In this document: one piece after another, positions 31,698 through 44,152 of the stretch | Position numbering within the stretch: the first letter of the stretch is position 1 | Layout: every line of letters begins with the position of its first letter | The notes under the pieces: model-generated | What the model was told of the DNA's origin: nothing | The model's database searches: none | What the model saw: only the letters and a program-made list of their open reading frames with translations | Translations under genes and position numbers: made by a program | DNA from: an uncultured Methanolobus sp. | GTDB taxonomy: Archaea > Halobacteriota > Methanosarcinia > Methanosarcinales > Methanosarcinaceae | DNA: 64,000 bases | Assembly: GCA_963675495.1 (NCBI GenBank) | Contig: OY776215.1 | Location: forward strand, 1,056,001 to 1,120,000 | Direction of reading: 5' to 3'

Positions 31698-31988
31698 ATG
31701 TCTATTGCCTTGAAGCAAGACATGAATTTACAAAACTTGTTAAAACTAACAAGAGAAAAAATATACAGTTTTGCTATTTTGCTAGTTGGTTTAAGTTTAC
31801 CAAAAGTTGCTAATTTCTTTCTTACGGTTTTTGTCACAGGAACTTTTGGAACAGAAAAATATGTCGAATATTTAGCGTTTAGAACTAACAATGTCCCATT
31901 TATCCTAACTACGATTGTAGTTTATTGTGCATGGGTTTATTTGTTGGTTGCCATTATTGTAAATATTTGTAAAAAAACACCTGTGTAA
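31698..31988 (+). CDS. Hypothetical two-TM membrane protein
   Basis: 96-aa ORF with two hydrophobic stretches, AT-rich. Confidence 0.45.
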   Translation: MSIALKQDMNLQNLLKLTREKIYSFAILLVGLSLPKVANFFLTVFVTGTFGTEKYVEYLAFRTNNVPFILTTIVVYCAWVYLLVAIIVNICKKTPV

Positions 31989-32179
31989 ATTCCGATTAGT
32001 CGGCATAATAGGAAAAAATCTTCCTTCACCTTTGCAGGCTTGCAATAAAACCAAGATTGCTTTTAAAAAAATGGCTTTTTTCAAAATACCGTTGGAAGTT
32101 TTCCTTTATTTGACAGTTTAGGACTTCCGGTTAATTTTATAACGCAATTGTTATATTTTTAAATAAGAAATGATTCAAA

Positions 32180-32254
32180 ATGAAGCTTTTCAATGCAATA
32201 TTAGTTGGACTTGCAGTGATATTTTTCGTAGTCGTACTAGTCTACTATATTTAA
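32180..32254 (+). CDS. Candidate 24-aa single-TM micropeptide
   Basis: MKLFNAILVGLAVIFFVVVLVYYI; no clear RBS. Confidence 0.3.
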   Translation: MKLFNAILVGLAVIFFVVVLVYYI

Positions 32255-32274
32255 AAACATAATAATACATTATA

Positions 32275-32532
32275 TTATTTTTTATATTGCTTCCTTTTCT
32301 TGGCATTCTCTGTGTCTTCATTCATTTTGGCAATTTCTTTATCTGTCCAATCATATTCATAGCTAAGTGTATCTTTAAAGAATAAATACACAAGATAAAA
32401 TATCATAAGTATAAAAACACCAAGAAATGCATCTGCATAACCCATATGGCCTTTCATGCCTGCATACAACGCACCCAATCCCGTAAATGACATTAAACTA
32501 CTTACTATGGATAGTTGTGTTCTTGTATTCAT
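32275..32532 (-). CDS. Hypothetical two-TM membrane protein
   Basis: GGAG RBS, two TM segments, charged tail. Confidence 0.65.
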   Translation of the reverse strand: MNTRTQLSIVSSLMSFTGLGALYAGMKGHMGYADAFLGVFILMIFYLVYLFFKDTLSYEYDWTDKEIAKMNEDTENAKKRKQYKK

Positions 32533-32674
32533 TTAACAATACTCCAATATGAATTAAATAATAACCAATTGTTAAAAGTTTAAACGGTGGATTTCATATT
32601 CATAGTACAGAATCTTCGTTATTTCCTTCATTTGGACGATTGGGAATGGCTTGGGTTAGTTAGGCATGCAATTT

Positions 32675-33307
32675 TTAAGAAACCCTCCTGAAAATATATG
32701 AATTAGCTGTTTTTGTGTAACCTAATCCTTTTCCAAGTTTCTCAAGATATTCTTTTGTAACTTCAATATTCTTTTTTGGAATGAAATAAGATTCAAGGTT
32801 CTTATTTGTGATGTGATACTTGCCGCCCTTTACATAAACAACTGCAATAAATTCATAATCAGCATCGATAAATGCCATTCCAGCATCTCCATGGCTGTTA
32901 TTTGCAAGCAGAATCCCATTTATTTTCAGATATCTTTTACATGCTTGTGAAATAAAACCAGCATACTGTGAGATCAGTAGGTCGAAGCTCTTTTCATTAA
33001 GGTCAAGTGAGTGCGAATAATCTGCTGATATAAAGTGGAATACAGCATCTGAACTATACGTCTTTTTTTTTGCAATTAAGTCAGCAACTAAATTATTTTG
33101 TTCAAAAAACTTCTTTGATCTTAGATCAGTATCCACATATACAACTTCAGAAAAGAAAAAAGAAGGTGTTATATGGACAAAACTTCCTGGATAGAGAGCA
33201 TTATGAATACTGAATTTAGCTTTCAGTGCTTCAAATAAATCCGCCCTCTCAAAACTATTCTCAACAAAATATTGTATGTAGAGTTCCTGTACATTATCTT
33301 TTTTCAA
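32675..33307 (-). CDS. Conserved hypothetical protein, class I SAM-methyltransferase-like fold
   Basis: ALYPGSFVH, VVYVD, FDLLISQYAG, LKINGILL. Confidence 0.7.
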   Translation of the reverse strand: MKKDNVQELYIQYFVENSFERADLFEALKAKFSIHNALYPGSFVHITPSFFFSEVVYVDTDLRSKKFFEQNNLVADLIAKKKTYSSDAVFHFISADYSHSLDLNEKSFDLLISQYAGFISQACKRYLKINGILLANNSHGDAGMAFIDADYEFIAVVYVKGGKYHITNKNLESYFIPKKNIEVTKEYLEKLGKGLGYTKTANSYIFRRVS

Positions 33308-33593
33308 GATATCCCACCCATTTTGATTTTTTTATTGCATAAATAGTATAACAGAAATTTTGTTGTTCCAGTTTATCAGTATTCTCCTTTCATGTGCATT
33401 CAAACTTTACATCGATTATGTCAGACCTTCCTTTATTATGGGAAACAGGAAGTAAAAAAACTCCACATACGTCAGTCGCACATCTTGCAACTCTTAATTA
33501 TCCATTCAATAACAGAGTTCGGGATAAAGAAAAATATCAGAAGCATGTAGAAAAAATAGAGGATAAAAGGCTCGTTTGCCTTTTATTTACACA

Positions 33594-33788
33594 TTATTTC
33601 GGAATCTGCTTGTCAGGAGTGACACCGTAGTATTCCGTTCTGGCTTTGCCCCACGGACAACCTTTTTCACCACATATCTTAAGTTCTATGTTCTGCAATG
33701 CTTTGCACAGGCTGTTACCTGCACGTGCACCTTTGCAGATGATGCAGTACTTCTCACAGAATACTGGTGCTTTCTTTTGATCTGCCAT
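33594..33788 (-). CDS. Small Cys-rich protein, 64 aa
   Basis: AAGGAG RBS; six Cys (CEKYCIIC...C...C....CPW); 43 bp downstream of flavodoxin, same strand. Confidence 0.7.
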   Translation of the reverse strand: MADQKKAPVFCEKYCIICKGARAGNSLCKALQNIELKICGEKGCPWGKARTEYYGVTPDKQIPK

Positions 33789-33831
33789 GATAGTTTCTCC
33801 TTATTATACAAATTCAGGATAGGAGAAATAC

Positions 33832-34329
33832 TTACTGTACCTTTGCCTGTACTTCCTTTGCAAACTCCTTAGCTTTCTGTACACGGGACTCATCAGGCTG
33901 TCCTTTTGTGGACGGACCCATCTCACCGAATGCTTTCATCTGCGGGTCGTCTGCCTTGAGCAACATGTCGATAACTGGCTGTGCAAGCTCACCCTGACAT
34001 TCAAATGTACCAAGGACATTTGCACCTGCTGCTGTCTGTGAAGCAGAACCTGTCCATGAGTGGATGGCCTCAAATCCTTCCGGCACAGCATGGGTCATGA
34101 ATACACCAAGGTTCTTGCCTGATGTTTTCTCTGATAAGAATGTCTTTACTTTTGCTGGAATATCGAATTGCATTATAGGGAATCCTACAAATGCAAGGTC
34201 ATATCCTTCAAGGCTTGCGACAGCATCTATTGGTTTGATCTCCTTTTCCCCTTCAAGTTCACCATAAATTGCTTCTGCGATTCTTTTTGTGTTTCCGGTC
34301 TGGGTAAAGTATGTAACAAGTGTTTTCAT
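33832..34329 (-). CDS. Flavodoxin
   Basis: YFTQTGNTKRIAEAI FMN loop, GTFECQG. Confidence 0.9.
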   Translation of the reverse strand: MKTLVTYFTQTGNTKRIAEAIYGELEGEKEIKPIDAVASLEGYDLAFVGFPIMQFDIPAKVKTFLSEKTSGKNLGVFMTHAVPEGFEAIHSWTGSASQTAAGANVLGTFECQGELAQPVIDMLLKADDPQMKAFGEMGPSTKGQPDESRVQKAKEFAKEVQAKVQ

Positions 34330-34603
34330 GTGGATACCTCTGTTTCTTTGATAAGTAGTGTATCTCCTATATATTTATATAGATAAGCGTTAGAAAAATG
34401 TAGTTAGTTGGGATAGATACATAAAAATGACCTTCGTGAGGATTTTTATTGGAGGAGTTTCAGATTGATAGCTTCTTCGATATTTTGCAATGTCAAAAAA
34501 CCGCACCCAACATTTTGCCCCAAAAAATAATTATTACTTTCACCCGACTTACCATGAGTTTTTATTGTACAGGTCACATAAAATAATCTGAAGTTAAAAG
34601 TGG

Positions 34604-35101
34604 GTGTTAAGTGTGGAAATTATAAACGAAGCAAAGATAACAGATTTAGAAGAAAGAACCGTAGCATACGTTTCATTTGTTGGCAACTATATAGGTAATG
34701 TCGAGGTATTTGAAGAACTATTCACTAAACTTTGTGGCTGGGCTGGAGCGAAGCAATTGATGGGACCAGATACTCTTTTTTTGTCAGCATATTATGATGA
34801 TCCTGGAGTTACACCCCCAGAGGAGCTTAAACTGGATGTGTGCATGACCATTAGCGACGATGTTGAAGTTGAGGGAGAGGTCAAAAAACAAAAACTTCCC
34901 GGGGGAAAATACGTTGTAATGCGTGCAGAACTGACAGGAACTGAAGAATATGGCCCTGCCTGGGAAAAGATCGTTGAATGGCTGATACAAAATAACCTTG
35001 AAATTGACATGTCCCGGGCAAGCTACGAAATATATTTGAATTCACCTGAAGAGCATCCGGAAAGTCATCATATTCTTGATATTTGTATGCCGGTCAAGTG
35101 A
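34604..35101 (+). CDS. GyrI-like effector-binding protein
   Basis: YYDDPGVTPPEELKLDVC, LPGGKY, YEIYLNSP. Confidence 0.9.
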   Translation: MLSVEIINEAKITDLEERTVAYVSFVGNYIGNVEVFEELFTKLCGWAGAKQLMGPDTLFLSAYYDDPGVTPPEELKLDVCMTISDDVEVEGEVKKQKLPGGKYVVMRAELTGTEEYGPAWEKIVEWLIQNNLEIDMSRASYEIYLNSPEEHPESHHILDICMPVK

Positions 35102-35204
35102 ATCTGACCCATGGGTATTTTGAAAGATAAAATTATCTCTATTTTAGCTTGAGCTTTGCCAGGTTAAATTCAGTATATTATGAGTTGGGTGTTATTTATT
35201 TCCT

Positions 35205-35459
35205 TTATTTAAGGGAAACTCGAAAATCCCAATTTAATTTATTTTTATTTACAGGTGAAAAACCACATCTTACCATCGCTTCTTTAAACTGCTTATTTGT
35301 GATAAAGAAACCATCTGATGATTCTTCAAAAAGAAGTTTAAGAGCATAACTTGTGTAATTTTTATCTGGTTTTTTTTGCGGGAGTATATTTAACAGTATC
35401 CAATTATCCATGGCTTTTTTTTGAATTTCAGGTAATTCGTAGTCACTCATTTTATTCAC
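35205..35459 (-). CDS. Hypothetical protein, phage/plasmid-like
   Basis: TSYALKLLFE...ITNKQFKEAMVRCGF; GGAG RBS. Confidence 0.55.
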   Translation of the reverse strand: MNKMSDYELPEIQKKAMDNWILLNILPQKKPDKNYTSYALKLLFEESSDGFFITNKQFKEAMVRCGFSPVNKNKLNWDFRVSLK

Positions 35460-35946
35460 TCCGATTTTTCATAATTTGTCAGTAGGGTATAACTGAGCTG
35501 TATCTTGATTTCCTTTACCTGACAGTCCAGGTTATTAATATAAATCGCGATAACTTATATTGTTCCATTAATTTAAGCAACGATGCACAAAAAGAAGTGA
35601 CTATTCGAACGGATATAGTAATAGTTATATTTTTAGTCCTGATTTGCGCTCATTTTGCTGTGAAGTATGCACTAAATGAATAAATTACTTCTTTTATTAT
35701 GGGAAAACTAGACAAAAAAGACACACAAAAATACTTTCACCCCGCTCACATCACTCATATATAGCCAAACTCCCAATTAACAATCTAATGACAGAATTCG
35801 AGAAAAAAGTAAAGATCATGACCCTGATCCGTAGCATACAAAAAAGGGATTCATCAAGCCGAGATGAAGCAAAAAGGCAAACTCATTTTTAAACTCACGC
35901 AGTTCACCGTAAACTATACCTATTAATCACTTCATGAGAATATATA

Positions 35947-38775
35947 ATGTCTTTAAGCAGCATCAGGATAAAAGGTGCTAAAGAGCACAATCTTAAGAAT
36001 ATTGACCTTACCCTGCCACGTGATAAGCTTATCGTCATCACCGGGCTTAGTGGTTCAGGTAAATCATCACTTGCTTTTGATACTATTTACGCCGAGGGAC
36101 AGCGCAGGTATGTGGAGTCCCTCTCAGCTTATGCCAGGCAGTTTCTGGGGCTAATGGAAAAACCGGATGTCGAGTACATCGAAGGACTGTCCCCTGCCAT
36201 ATCCATAGAGCAGAAGACCACAAGCAAGAATCCACGCTCAACAGTGGGTACTGTAACTGAAATTTATGATTACCTCAGGCTGCTCTTTGCCCGCATAGGC
36301 ATAAGGCACTGCCCCAACTGTGGGCGCATAATCGAGACACAGAGCGTTGACCAGATAGTTGACAGCATAATGAACCTGCGAGAAGGGACGAAAATACATG
36401 TGCTTGCCCCGCTTGTGAGAGAAAGGAAGGGAGAGTACAAGAAACTCCTTATCGACCTGCGCACCGAGGGTTTTACACGTGTGCGTGTGGACGGCGAAGT
36501 TCACTTACTGGAAGATGCCGAGAATATAGAACTTGGTCGTTATTTTAAACATAATATTGACATCGTTGTGGACAGGCTCGTGATCAAGAAAGGAATTGAT
36601 GAAAGACTGTCCGACTCCGTGGAAACAGCACTTGAAAAAAGTGGAGGAACGCTTACAGTTCAGGTCATAGATGGTGAAGAGCTGACGTTCAGCGAAAAAC
36701 TTGCATGTAGCGAATGTGGAATCGGTTTTGAGGAAATGGAACCTGCAGCGTTCTCATTCAACAGCCCGCAGGGTGCATGTCCACAGTGTCATGGACTTGG
36801 AACTTCAATGGAGTTCAACCCTGACCTGATAGTTCCCGATAAGACACTGACACTCAACGAAGGTGCAGTAGAACCCTGGTACAGCAAGAAGGCTGACGGA
36901 TATTACATGCAATCACTCCAGTCACTGGCAAACCAAAAGGGATTTTCAATGGATGTTCCCTTCGAGGAACTAAAACCTGAGATAAAGGATATTATCTTTA
37001 ACGGAAGTGATGAACTGATTCCCTTTGTGCATGTGGGGAAGAATGGCGGAATGTGGAAGCATAAAGGACGCTTCAAAGGAGTTATCGCAAACCTTTCCAG
37101 AATATACGAAGGCACGGAATCCGAAAACAGTAAGGATAGAATGCGCAGATACATCAGCACAAAACCATGTTTGACCTGTCATGGCAAGAGGCTCAAACCA
37201 GTCACTATTGCGGTTACAATTGATGGGAAGAACATCATCGATACAACAGAAATGGCTGTTGAAGAAGCACTGGATTTCTTCAAGGAACTTGAAACAAAGC
37301 TCAACGACAGGGAATATACCATCGCTCGCCTCATACTCAAAGAGATCAAGGCAAGACTCGGTTTCCTGGTCGATGTAGGACTGGATTACCTGACACTAAG
37401 CAGATCAGCAGCCACCCTTTCAGGAGGGGAAGCACAACGTATCAGGCTTGCAACACAAATAGGTTCCAGCCTTATGGGTGTGCTCTACATTCTTGATGAA
37501 CCAAGTATTGGCCTTCACCAGAGGGACAATCTCAGGCTCATTACAACATTGAAACATCTTAGGGATATAGGAAATACTGTACTTGTGGTCGAACACGATG
37601 AGGAAACCATAACCAGTGCAGACTATGTTGTTGACATGGGACCGGGAGCAGGCATACACGGTGGAGATATAGTTGCTGAAGGAACCCCAAAAGAGATAAT
37701 GAAGAACAAGAGTTCCACAACCGGAAAATACCTGAGTGGAAAAGTGAAAATAGACGTTCCGGAAGACAGAAGAGAACCCACCGGAACCATGGTTCTTCGG
37801 GGTGCAAGCCAGAACAATCTCAAAAGCATCGATGTGGAATTCCCCCTGGGAATCCTTATCTGTGTCACTGGAGTTTCCGGGTCGGGAAAGAGTACGCTAA
37901 TCAATGAAACACTTAACAAAGTGCTTGCAAAAAATCTCAACCGGGCAAGAGACATACCGGGCAAATATAGTTCCATAGATGGACTTGAAAATGTGGACAA
38001 GGTCATAACCATAGACCAGTCACCCATCGGACGCACACCCCGGTCTAACCCTGCAACTTACACTAATCTTTTTACGCCCATACGGGAACTCTTTGCCCAG
38101 ACAAAGATGGCACGTGCCAGGGGCTATAAACCAGGAAGGTTCAGTTTCAATGTCCGTGGTGGCAGGTGTGAAGCATGTTCCGGTGACGGGATAATAACGA
38201 TTGAGATGCACTTTTTACCTGATGTGTATGTTCCATGTGAAGTATGCCATGGCAAACGTTACAATAGAGAAACACTGGAAGTAACTTACAAGGACAAAAA
38301 CATTGCCGAAGTTCTTGATATGACAGTTGAGGAGGCCTTTGAGTTCTTTGAGAACGTGCCAAAGATCAGCAAAAAACTCCAGACGCTCAACGATGTAGGT
38401 CTGGGATACATAAAACTGGGACAGTCGTCTACCACACTCTCAGGTGGAGAAGCACAGAGAGTAAAACTTGCAACTGAACTGAGCAAGCGCTCCACCGGCA
38501 AAACCGTTCATATACTTGACGAACCGACAACTGGCCTTCATTTTGACGATGTTAAAAAGCTCCTTGAAGTCCTGCAAAGACTTGTGGATGCAGGTAATAC
38601 TGTAATTGTCATCGAACACAACCTCGATGTGATTAAAACTGCAGACTGGTTAATAGATCTTGGACCTGAAGGTGGAGACCGTGGCGGAGAAATCATTGCA
38701 CAGGGAACTCCGGAAGAAGTAGCAAAAAGTGATGTTTCCTACACAGGGATGTTTTTGAAGAAAATGTTGGATTAA
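35947..38775 (+). CDS. uvrA: Excinuclease ABC subunit A
   Basis: Two Walker A motifs ([16 protein letters not shown]), two LSGGEAQR, Zn fingers. Confidence 0.98.
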   Translation: MSLSSIRIKGAKEHNLKNIDLTLPRDKLIVITGLSGSGKSSLAFDTIYAEGQRRYVESLSAYARQFLGLMEKPDVEYIEGLSPAISIEQKTTSKNPRSTVGTVTEIYDYLRLLFARIGIRHCPNCGRIIETQSVDQIVDSIMNLREGTKIHVLAPLVRERKGEYKKLLIDLRTEGFTRVRVDGEVHLLEDAENIELGRYFKHNIDIVVDRLVIKKGIDERLSDSVETALEKSGGTLTVQVIDGEELTFSEKLACSECGIGFEEMEPAAFSFNSPQGACPQCHGLGTSMEFNPDLIVPDKTLTLNEGAVEPWYSKKADGYYMQSLQSLANQKGFSMDVPFEELKPEIKDIIFNGSDELIPFVHVGKNGGMWKHKGRFKGVIANLSRIYEGTESENSKDRMRRYISTKPCLTCHGKRLKPVTIAVTIDGKNIIDTTEMAVEEALDFFKELETKLNDREYTIARLILKEIKARLGFLVDVGLDYLTLSRSAATLSGGEAQRIRLATQIGSSLMGVLYILDEPSIGLHQRDNLRLITTLKHLRDIGNTVLVVEHDEETITSADYVVDMGPGAGIHGGDIVAEGTPKEIMKNKSSTTGKYLSGKVKIDVPEDRREPTGTMVLRGASQNNLKSIDVEFPLGILICVTGVSGSGKSTLINETLNKVLAKNLNRARDIPGKYSSIDGLENVDKVITIDQSPIGRTPRSNPATYTNLFTPIRELFAQTKMARARGYKPGRFSFNVRGGRCEACSGDGIITIEMHFLPDVYVPCEVCHGKRYNRETLEVTYKDKNIAEVLDMTVEEAFEFFENVPKISKKLQTLNDVGLGYIKLGQSSTTLSGGEAQRVKLATELSKRSTGKTVHILDEPTTGLHFDDVKKLLEVLQRLVDAGNTVIVIEHNLDVIKTADWLIDLGPEGGDRGGEIIAQGTPEEVAKSDVSYTGMFLKKMLD

Positions 38776-38988
38776 AGTATTTATACCATCCAACACACTC
38801 TTTTTTCATTCCTGTTGCATAAAATGTATAGACAGACATTACAATTTATATATATACACACAGTCAGACAAGTGAGGTTTGTTTTACAAATAGTTACAGC
38901 GAGGTTTATATATTATTTACAGATATTGTATCAAGTGCAAAGACCCGCTTAGCACAGCAAAACCAGAAATCATTGATCATCAAAAAAC

Positions 38989-40806
38989 ATGTACCTCAAT
39001 TACTACTCACTACCCTTATTTGCCCTGGTGTTTATTCTGTGTGCACTGATATTCTATATTCAAAGGCATAAAGATTCAACTGGCACCACCAGTTTTTCAT
39101 TTCTGCTGTTGTCTATTATGATCTACACATTTTTTTATGCATTAGAGATATCTTCGACATCATTGGATTCTGCTTTAATCTTCTATAAACTTGAATATAT
39201 TGGAATTCCTTTCATACCTGCTTTTTTACTTATGTTTATAATAAAATACACAGGAAAAAATCAATGGGTAACCACAAAGTCAATCGTTGCAACCTTTGCA
39301 GTTCCATTGGTAACTATGTTCCTGGTGTTCACTACCGGAAAACACACTCTTTATCACAAAGGAATATTCCTTAACTCTGAAACAATATTCCCTTCCCTGA
39401 CATTTGAGCCAGGTATATGGTATTGGGTCCAGGAATTTTACAGCGTCCTCTGTATCATTTTAAGCATACTCCTTCTGTTGAACATGCGGACAGAAGTCAT
39501 ACCAGCTTTTCGAAAACAGGTATCAATAGTAATGATTGGAACGCTAATACCTTTTTTAGTATTATTGCTTTATCTTGCCAGAATATTCCCGTCTGGTCTT
39601 GATGCAATTCCATTTTCTCTTGCATTTTGTGGTATAATAATTTATTTTGGCCTGACACACTATAAATTATTAGATATAGCTCCTCTTGCACGTAGTCTGC
39701 TTTTTGAAAAAATGCCTGACGGAGTAATTGTTCTTGATGAAATGCAAAGAATAGTTGATTGTAACCAGTCTGCGACAAAATACCTGGAACTTACATCAGA
39801 TCATATTGGAAAAACAGTATTTGAAGCACTTGTTTCATGGCCAGAACTTATTACTAACAAACAGAATGCAGTTGAAAGAAATAACCTTGAAGTAAAAAAG
39901 AGCGTTGGTGGAGAAAACATCTGGTTTAATATTGATTTTTTGCCACTTTCCAGTGAAAATAAAAATGCACTGGGACAAATGATAATACTTCGAAATATTA
40001 CAGAAAGTAAAAAAGCGCAGGAAACATTGCTTGAAACTAACCGGAATCTTGAAGAGGCCACGATCCGTGCAAAACATATGACTGAACAGGCAGAAATGGC
40101 AAACCGTGCAAAAAGTGAATTCATTGCCAACATGAGCCATGAAATTCGGACGCCTCTTAATGGAGTGATGGGGTTTTCTGATCTGCTGATGCAAACAGAA
40201 CTTACTGAATCACAATTATATTACATTCAAACAGTGCATACATCAGCAAATACATTGCTTGATCTGGTAAATGATGTATTAAATTTTTCAAAAATAGAAG
40301 CTGGAAAACTGGAACTTAATCCAGAAAGAACACAACTCATGGAGTTGCTTAAGCAAATTGCAGATATTGTTAATTATAAAGTCCATGAGAAAGATCTTGA
40401 ACTTAAACTGAACATAGCAGCAAACATACCAGAATATATCATTGTTGATGATCTGAGATTGAGGCAGATATTAATTAATCTCTTAAGTAATGCTATTAAA
40501 TTCACTGAAACAGGTGAAATTGAACTGAAAGTGGAACCCTCTATTCTTCATGACAAAACGCATGAAATTGGACTAACATTTTCAGTGAAAGATACAGGAA
40601 TTGGAATCGCAAAAGAGAACAGAAGCAGGATATTTGATTCATTTTCACAGGGAGATGGTTCCATAAGCCGCAGGTATGGCGGGACAGGTCTTGGACTGAC
40701 GATATCAAGCAGGCTTCTTGATATGATGGGATCTAAACTTGAACTTGAAAGTGAAGTTGGAAAAGGAAGCGCTTTTTATTTTACTGTCATTTTGCCTGTC
40801 GATTAA
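38989..40806 (+). CDS. Histidine kinase, 7TM sensor + PAS + HisKA/HATPase, no receiver domain
   Basis: Multi-TM N-terminus, [33 protein letters not shown]. Confidence 0.92.
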   Translation: MYLNYYSLPLFALVFILCALIFYIQRHKDSTGTTSFSFLLLSIMIYTFFYALEISSTSLDSALIFYKLEYIGIPFIPAFLLMFIIKYTGKNQWVTTKSIVATFAVPLVTMFLVFTTGKHTLYHKGIFLNSETIFPSLTFEPGIWYWVQEFYSVLCIILSILLLLNMRTEVIPAFRKQVSIVMIGTLIPFLVLLLYLARIFPSGLDAIPFSLAFCGIIIYFGLTHYKLLDIAPLARSLLFEKMPDGVIVLDEMQRIVDCNQSATKYLELTSDHIGKTVFEALVSWPELITNKQNAVERNNLEVKKSVGGENIWFNIDFLPLSSENKNALGQMIILRNITESKKAQETLLETNRNLEEATIRAKHMTEQAEMANRAKSEFIANMSHEIRTPLNGVMGFSDLLMQTELTESQLYYIQTVHTSANTLLDLVNDVLNFSKIEAGKLELNPERTQLMELLKQIADIVNYKVHEKDLELKLNIAANIPEYIIVDDLRLRQILINLLSNAIKFTETGEIELKVEPSILHDKTHEIGLTFSVKDTGIGIAKENRSRIFDSFSQGDGSISRRYGGTGLGLTISSRLLDMMGSKLELESEVGKGSAFYFTVILPVD

Positions 40807-41004
40807 GGACAAATAGTTATCGCAAACATCTCCACTAATAGCTTTCACAAGTGGATTTAATGATAATGAAAACTAAGACAACGTTGTTATTTAATTGGTC
40901 TGATTAGACAGAGAACAATTCGTTATGAAATCGTTTCCTGTGTCCTGGAAAAAGTAAAATATAAAATAGAATTATCAAAATAGAATTGCGAAAAAAAGAG
41001 GAAA

Positions 41005-42342
41005 TTAGTTCCTCTTCAGTTTTGCAACTACCATTTCAACCTGCTCCACAGCAGTACCAATGTACTTATCCGGATCTACCAGATTGCTTATGTCCTCTTC
41101 ACTCAGGTAATTTGCAACGTTAGGGTTTGCCAGCAGGACGTCCTTGAAATACTTGCCGGATTCATGAGCTTCCATTGCACTGGAGCGGACAAGCTCGTGA
41201 GCTTCCTGGCGACCAACGCCACGCATTGCAAGTTCTATCATTACAGCCTCACCCATATTCATTCCCTTAAGAAGGTCGAGGTTGCGGCGGATGTTCTCCG
41301 GATAGAACCTTAAGTTCTCGATCACGCCGATTGCGAGTTTTATGATATGATCTGTAAGCACACATGCTTCTGGGAAAACAATCCTTTCGCATGAAGAGTT
41401 GGTCAGGTCCCTTTCATCCCAGAGTGTGTTGTTCTGGAGTTCAGGTTCGACCATGGCACGCACGATCCTTGCAAGACCACATATCTGTTCTGACTTGATG
41501 GGGTTGCGTTTGTGTGGCATTGTGGAAGAGCCAACCTGCTTTTTCCTGAAACTTTCCTCGACTTCTGCAATCTCGCTTCTCTGCAGGGAGCGTATTTCCA
41601 CGGCTACTTTGTCAAGGGTTGTTACGGTGTTTGCCATCCACATGACAAATTCAGCATGGCGATCTCTCTGGATGATCTGGTTTGAAACATCAACTGAACC
41701 AATCTCAAGGTACTGCATTACCTTTTTCTGAATCTCAATTCCGTCTTTTCCAAATGCAGCCTGAGTACCTACTGCACCAGTCATCTGACCGACTATAAGT
41801 CGTGGCTTGAGTTGTTCAAGGCGCTCTATGTGTCTTGCAACCTCGGATGCCCATATGGCAAACCTCAATCCATAGGTTGTTGGAACACCGATCTGTCCGT
41901 GTGTTCTTCCTGCACATACCAGGTTCTTGTGCGTATCTGCCTGAAGGAGAAGTACATCAAGAAGAATGTGGATCTTGTCTTCAAGGATCTTCACAGCATC
42001 CTTTAACTGAAGACCTGTTGCAGTATCAAGCATATCATTTGATGTGGCACCGAAGTGCACCCATTTATCTGCATCTTCCTCACATTTTTCAGACATGGCG
42101 ATAACTACTGCCATCATATCGTGGTGAATCTCGTCTTCAATCTCTTTCACCCTTTCAAGTTCCACAGAACCAATACTGGCCTCTATAATATCTGCAGCTT
42201 CTTTTGGGATAAGTCCAATATCTGCTTCAGCTCTTGCAAGTGCAGCTTCAGCTTTCATGACCTTCTCAAGACGGTTTGCCTCGCTCCAGACAAATTTCAT
42301 TTCATCTGTTCCGTAACGGTATTCTATAGGGTGGATTGCCAT
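41005..42342 (-). CDS. purB: Adenylosuccinate lyase
   Basis: HFGATSND, GRTHGQ, GSSTMPHKRNP. Confidence 0.97.
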   Translation of the reverse strand: MAIHPIEYRYGTDEMKFVWSEANRLEKVMKAEAALARAEADIGLIPKEAADIIEASIGSVELERVKEIEDEIHHDMMAVVIAMSEKCEEDADKWVHFGATSNDMLDTATGLQLKDAVKILEDKIHILLDVLLLQADTHKNLVCAGRTHGQIGVPTTYGLRFAIWASEVARHIERLEQLKPRLIVGQMTGAVGTQAAFGKDGIEIQKKVMQYLEIGSVDVSNQIIQRDRHAEFVMWMANTVTTLDKVAVEIRSLQRSEIAEVEESFRKKQVGSSTMPHKRNPIKSEQICGLARIVRAMVEPELQNNTLWDERDLTNSSCERIVFPEACVLTDHIIKLAIGVIENLRFYPENIRRNLDLLKGMNMGEAVMIELAMRGVGRQEAHELVRSSAMEAHESGKYFKDVLLANPNVANYLSEEDISNLVDPDKYIGTAVEQVEMVVAKLKRN

Positions 42343-42530
42343 TTATTAAATCTCCATGATATTGATATATATCTTTCAATTAACGATATGATTCTGGTAT
42401 AGTAAATCTACCAATAAATAGGCTTTGTATGGTTAAAAGAAGGAAAATGATAGCAATGCCGTAACATGCAATCGACTTACTCTTTTATGAGATCAACAGT
42501 TTTTGAAAAAATGAATGAAAACGAAAATAA

Positions 42531-42734
42531 TCAATTCTTTTCATCCTTGAAACCAATTTCAATGTGAGAGCCATCACAAAATGGCTTGTTCTTTGATGAA
42601 CCACATCTGCAAAGTGCCATAGCAGGTTGTGTATCCAGATCCTCTCCTTTTGAGTTAACTAATGTGTTCACATTTTTGACGATATACGGCCCATCTTTAC
42701 TGACTTCAATAGATGTTTCTTCTTTTGTACTCAT
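42531..42734 (-). CDS. CDGSH iron-sulfur domain protein
   Basis: DGPY, LCRCGSSKNKPFCDGSH. Confidence 0.93.
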   Translation of the reverse strand: MSTKEETSIEVSKDGPYIVKNVNTLVNSKGEDLDTQPAMALCRCGSSKNKPFCDGSHIEIGFKDEKN

Positions 42735-42945
42735 ATTTAAACCCCAGTAAACATCGTATTTTCTGGATAAATACTTACCTAATAAATAAAAAAAGAATAT
42801 TGTCCATAATGTCAAAACAGAATATTTAAATAATAGTACATAGGAAAAGGGAAGAATATTGCAGACATCCTATTTACAATATATAAATATAGGTGGAACT
42901 ATGGAACAAATAATTGATCATAATTCAAAAAAACAGGTGATGTAA

Positions 42946-44142
42946 TTGGTACTTGACACCGGAGATACAGCCTTTATTATCATCTGTACCGCCATGGTCA
43001 TGCTTATGACCCCGGGAGTAGGACTCTTTTACGGCGGAATGGTGCGTAGTAAGAACATTATTTCTATGATAGCCATGTCTTTCGTGGCCTTTGCCATTGT
43101 AAGTATACAATGGGTTACAATCGGTTACACCCTTTCCTTTGGACCCGATATATCAGGATTCATAGGCGGCTTAGACCATTTATTCCTAGCAGGCGTTGGA
43201 ATGGACGGCGACGGAATCCCTGATATGCTATTTATGGTATTCCAGCTGGTTTTCGCAGGAATCACATTGGCAATCCTTACATCAGGAGTTGCAGAACGTA
43301 TCAAACTGAGCTCTTTTATTGTTCTCGGATTACTCTGGACAACCCTGGTCTATGACCCGCTTGCTCACTGGGCATGGGGAGGCGGCTGGGCCGGAGAGTT
43401 AGGTGCACTTGACTTTGCAGGTGGTACCGTAGTACACATCAGTTCAGGATTTGGTGCACTTGCACTTGCACTTGTCATTGGCAACCGTGCAGGATTTGGC
43501 AAATACAGCATGGAGGCAGAGAACATCACAACAACTCTCCTTGGTGGTTCACTCCTGTGGTTCGGATGGTTTGCATTCAATGCAGGAAGTGCACTTGCAG
43601 CAGATGGACTTGCAGTCAATGCTCTTGTCGTAACCAACATCTCTGCAGCAGCCGGGGCACTTACATGGATGGCAGCATCGTGGATAAAGGGTAAGCCAAG
43701 TTCCCTGGGTCTTATCAGTGGAGCCGTTGCAGGTCTTGTAGCCATCACACCAGCTTCCGGTTTTGTCGGACCTATGGCTGCCATCATAATCGGCGGATTT
43801 GCCGGAATTCTCTGTTACGGAGCACTTCTCTTCCGTGTACGCAGGGGACTTGACGAAAGTCTTGATGCATGGGCAATTCATGGAATGGGAGGCTTATGGG
43901 GAGCACTTGCAACAGGAATATTTGCAAGCGCAGCCATCGGTGGAGTTGACGGACTTATCTACGGAAATACACATCAGTTCCTTGTACAACTGCTTGATGC
44001 TTCCGCTGCTATTATATACGCATTCGCAATGACCTACATACTTGCCATAATTGTTGACAAGGTAATGGGACTTCGTGTGACAGAAGAGGAAGAATATGTT
44101 GGACTTGATATATCCCAGCATGGGGAATCTACTACAGCCTGA
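42946..44142 (+). CDS. amt: Ammonium transporter
   Basis: [36 protein letters not shown]; TTG start after AGGTGA. Confidence 0.97.
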   Translation: MVLDTGDTAFIIICTAMVMLMTPGVGLFYGGMVRSKNIISMIAMSFVAFAIVSIQWVTIGYTLSFGPDISGFIGGLDHLFLAGVGMDGDGIPDMLFMVFQLVFAGITLAILTSGVAERIKLSSFIVLGLLWTTLVYDPLAHWAWGGGWAGELGALDFAGGTVVHISSGFGALALALVIGNRAGFGKYSMEAENITTTLLGGSLLWFGWFAFNAGSALAADGLAVNALVVTNISAAAGALTWMAASWIKGKPSSLGLISGAVAGLVAITPASGFVGPMAAIIIGGFAGILCYGALLFRVRRGLDESLDAWAIHGMGGLWGALATGIFASAAIGGVDGLIYGNTHQFLVQLLDASAAIIYAFAMTYILAIIVDKVMGLRVTEEEEYVGLDISQHGESTTA

Positions 44143-44152
44143 GGTGATATGA

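Noticed and set aside
42840-42910. Possible NrpR operator upstream of amt-glnK
   Set aside because: Only GGAA half-sites; the best match GGAA-N6-TGCA has two mismatches to GGAA-N6-TTCC
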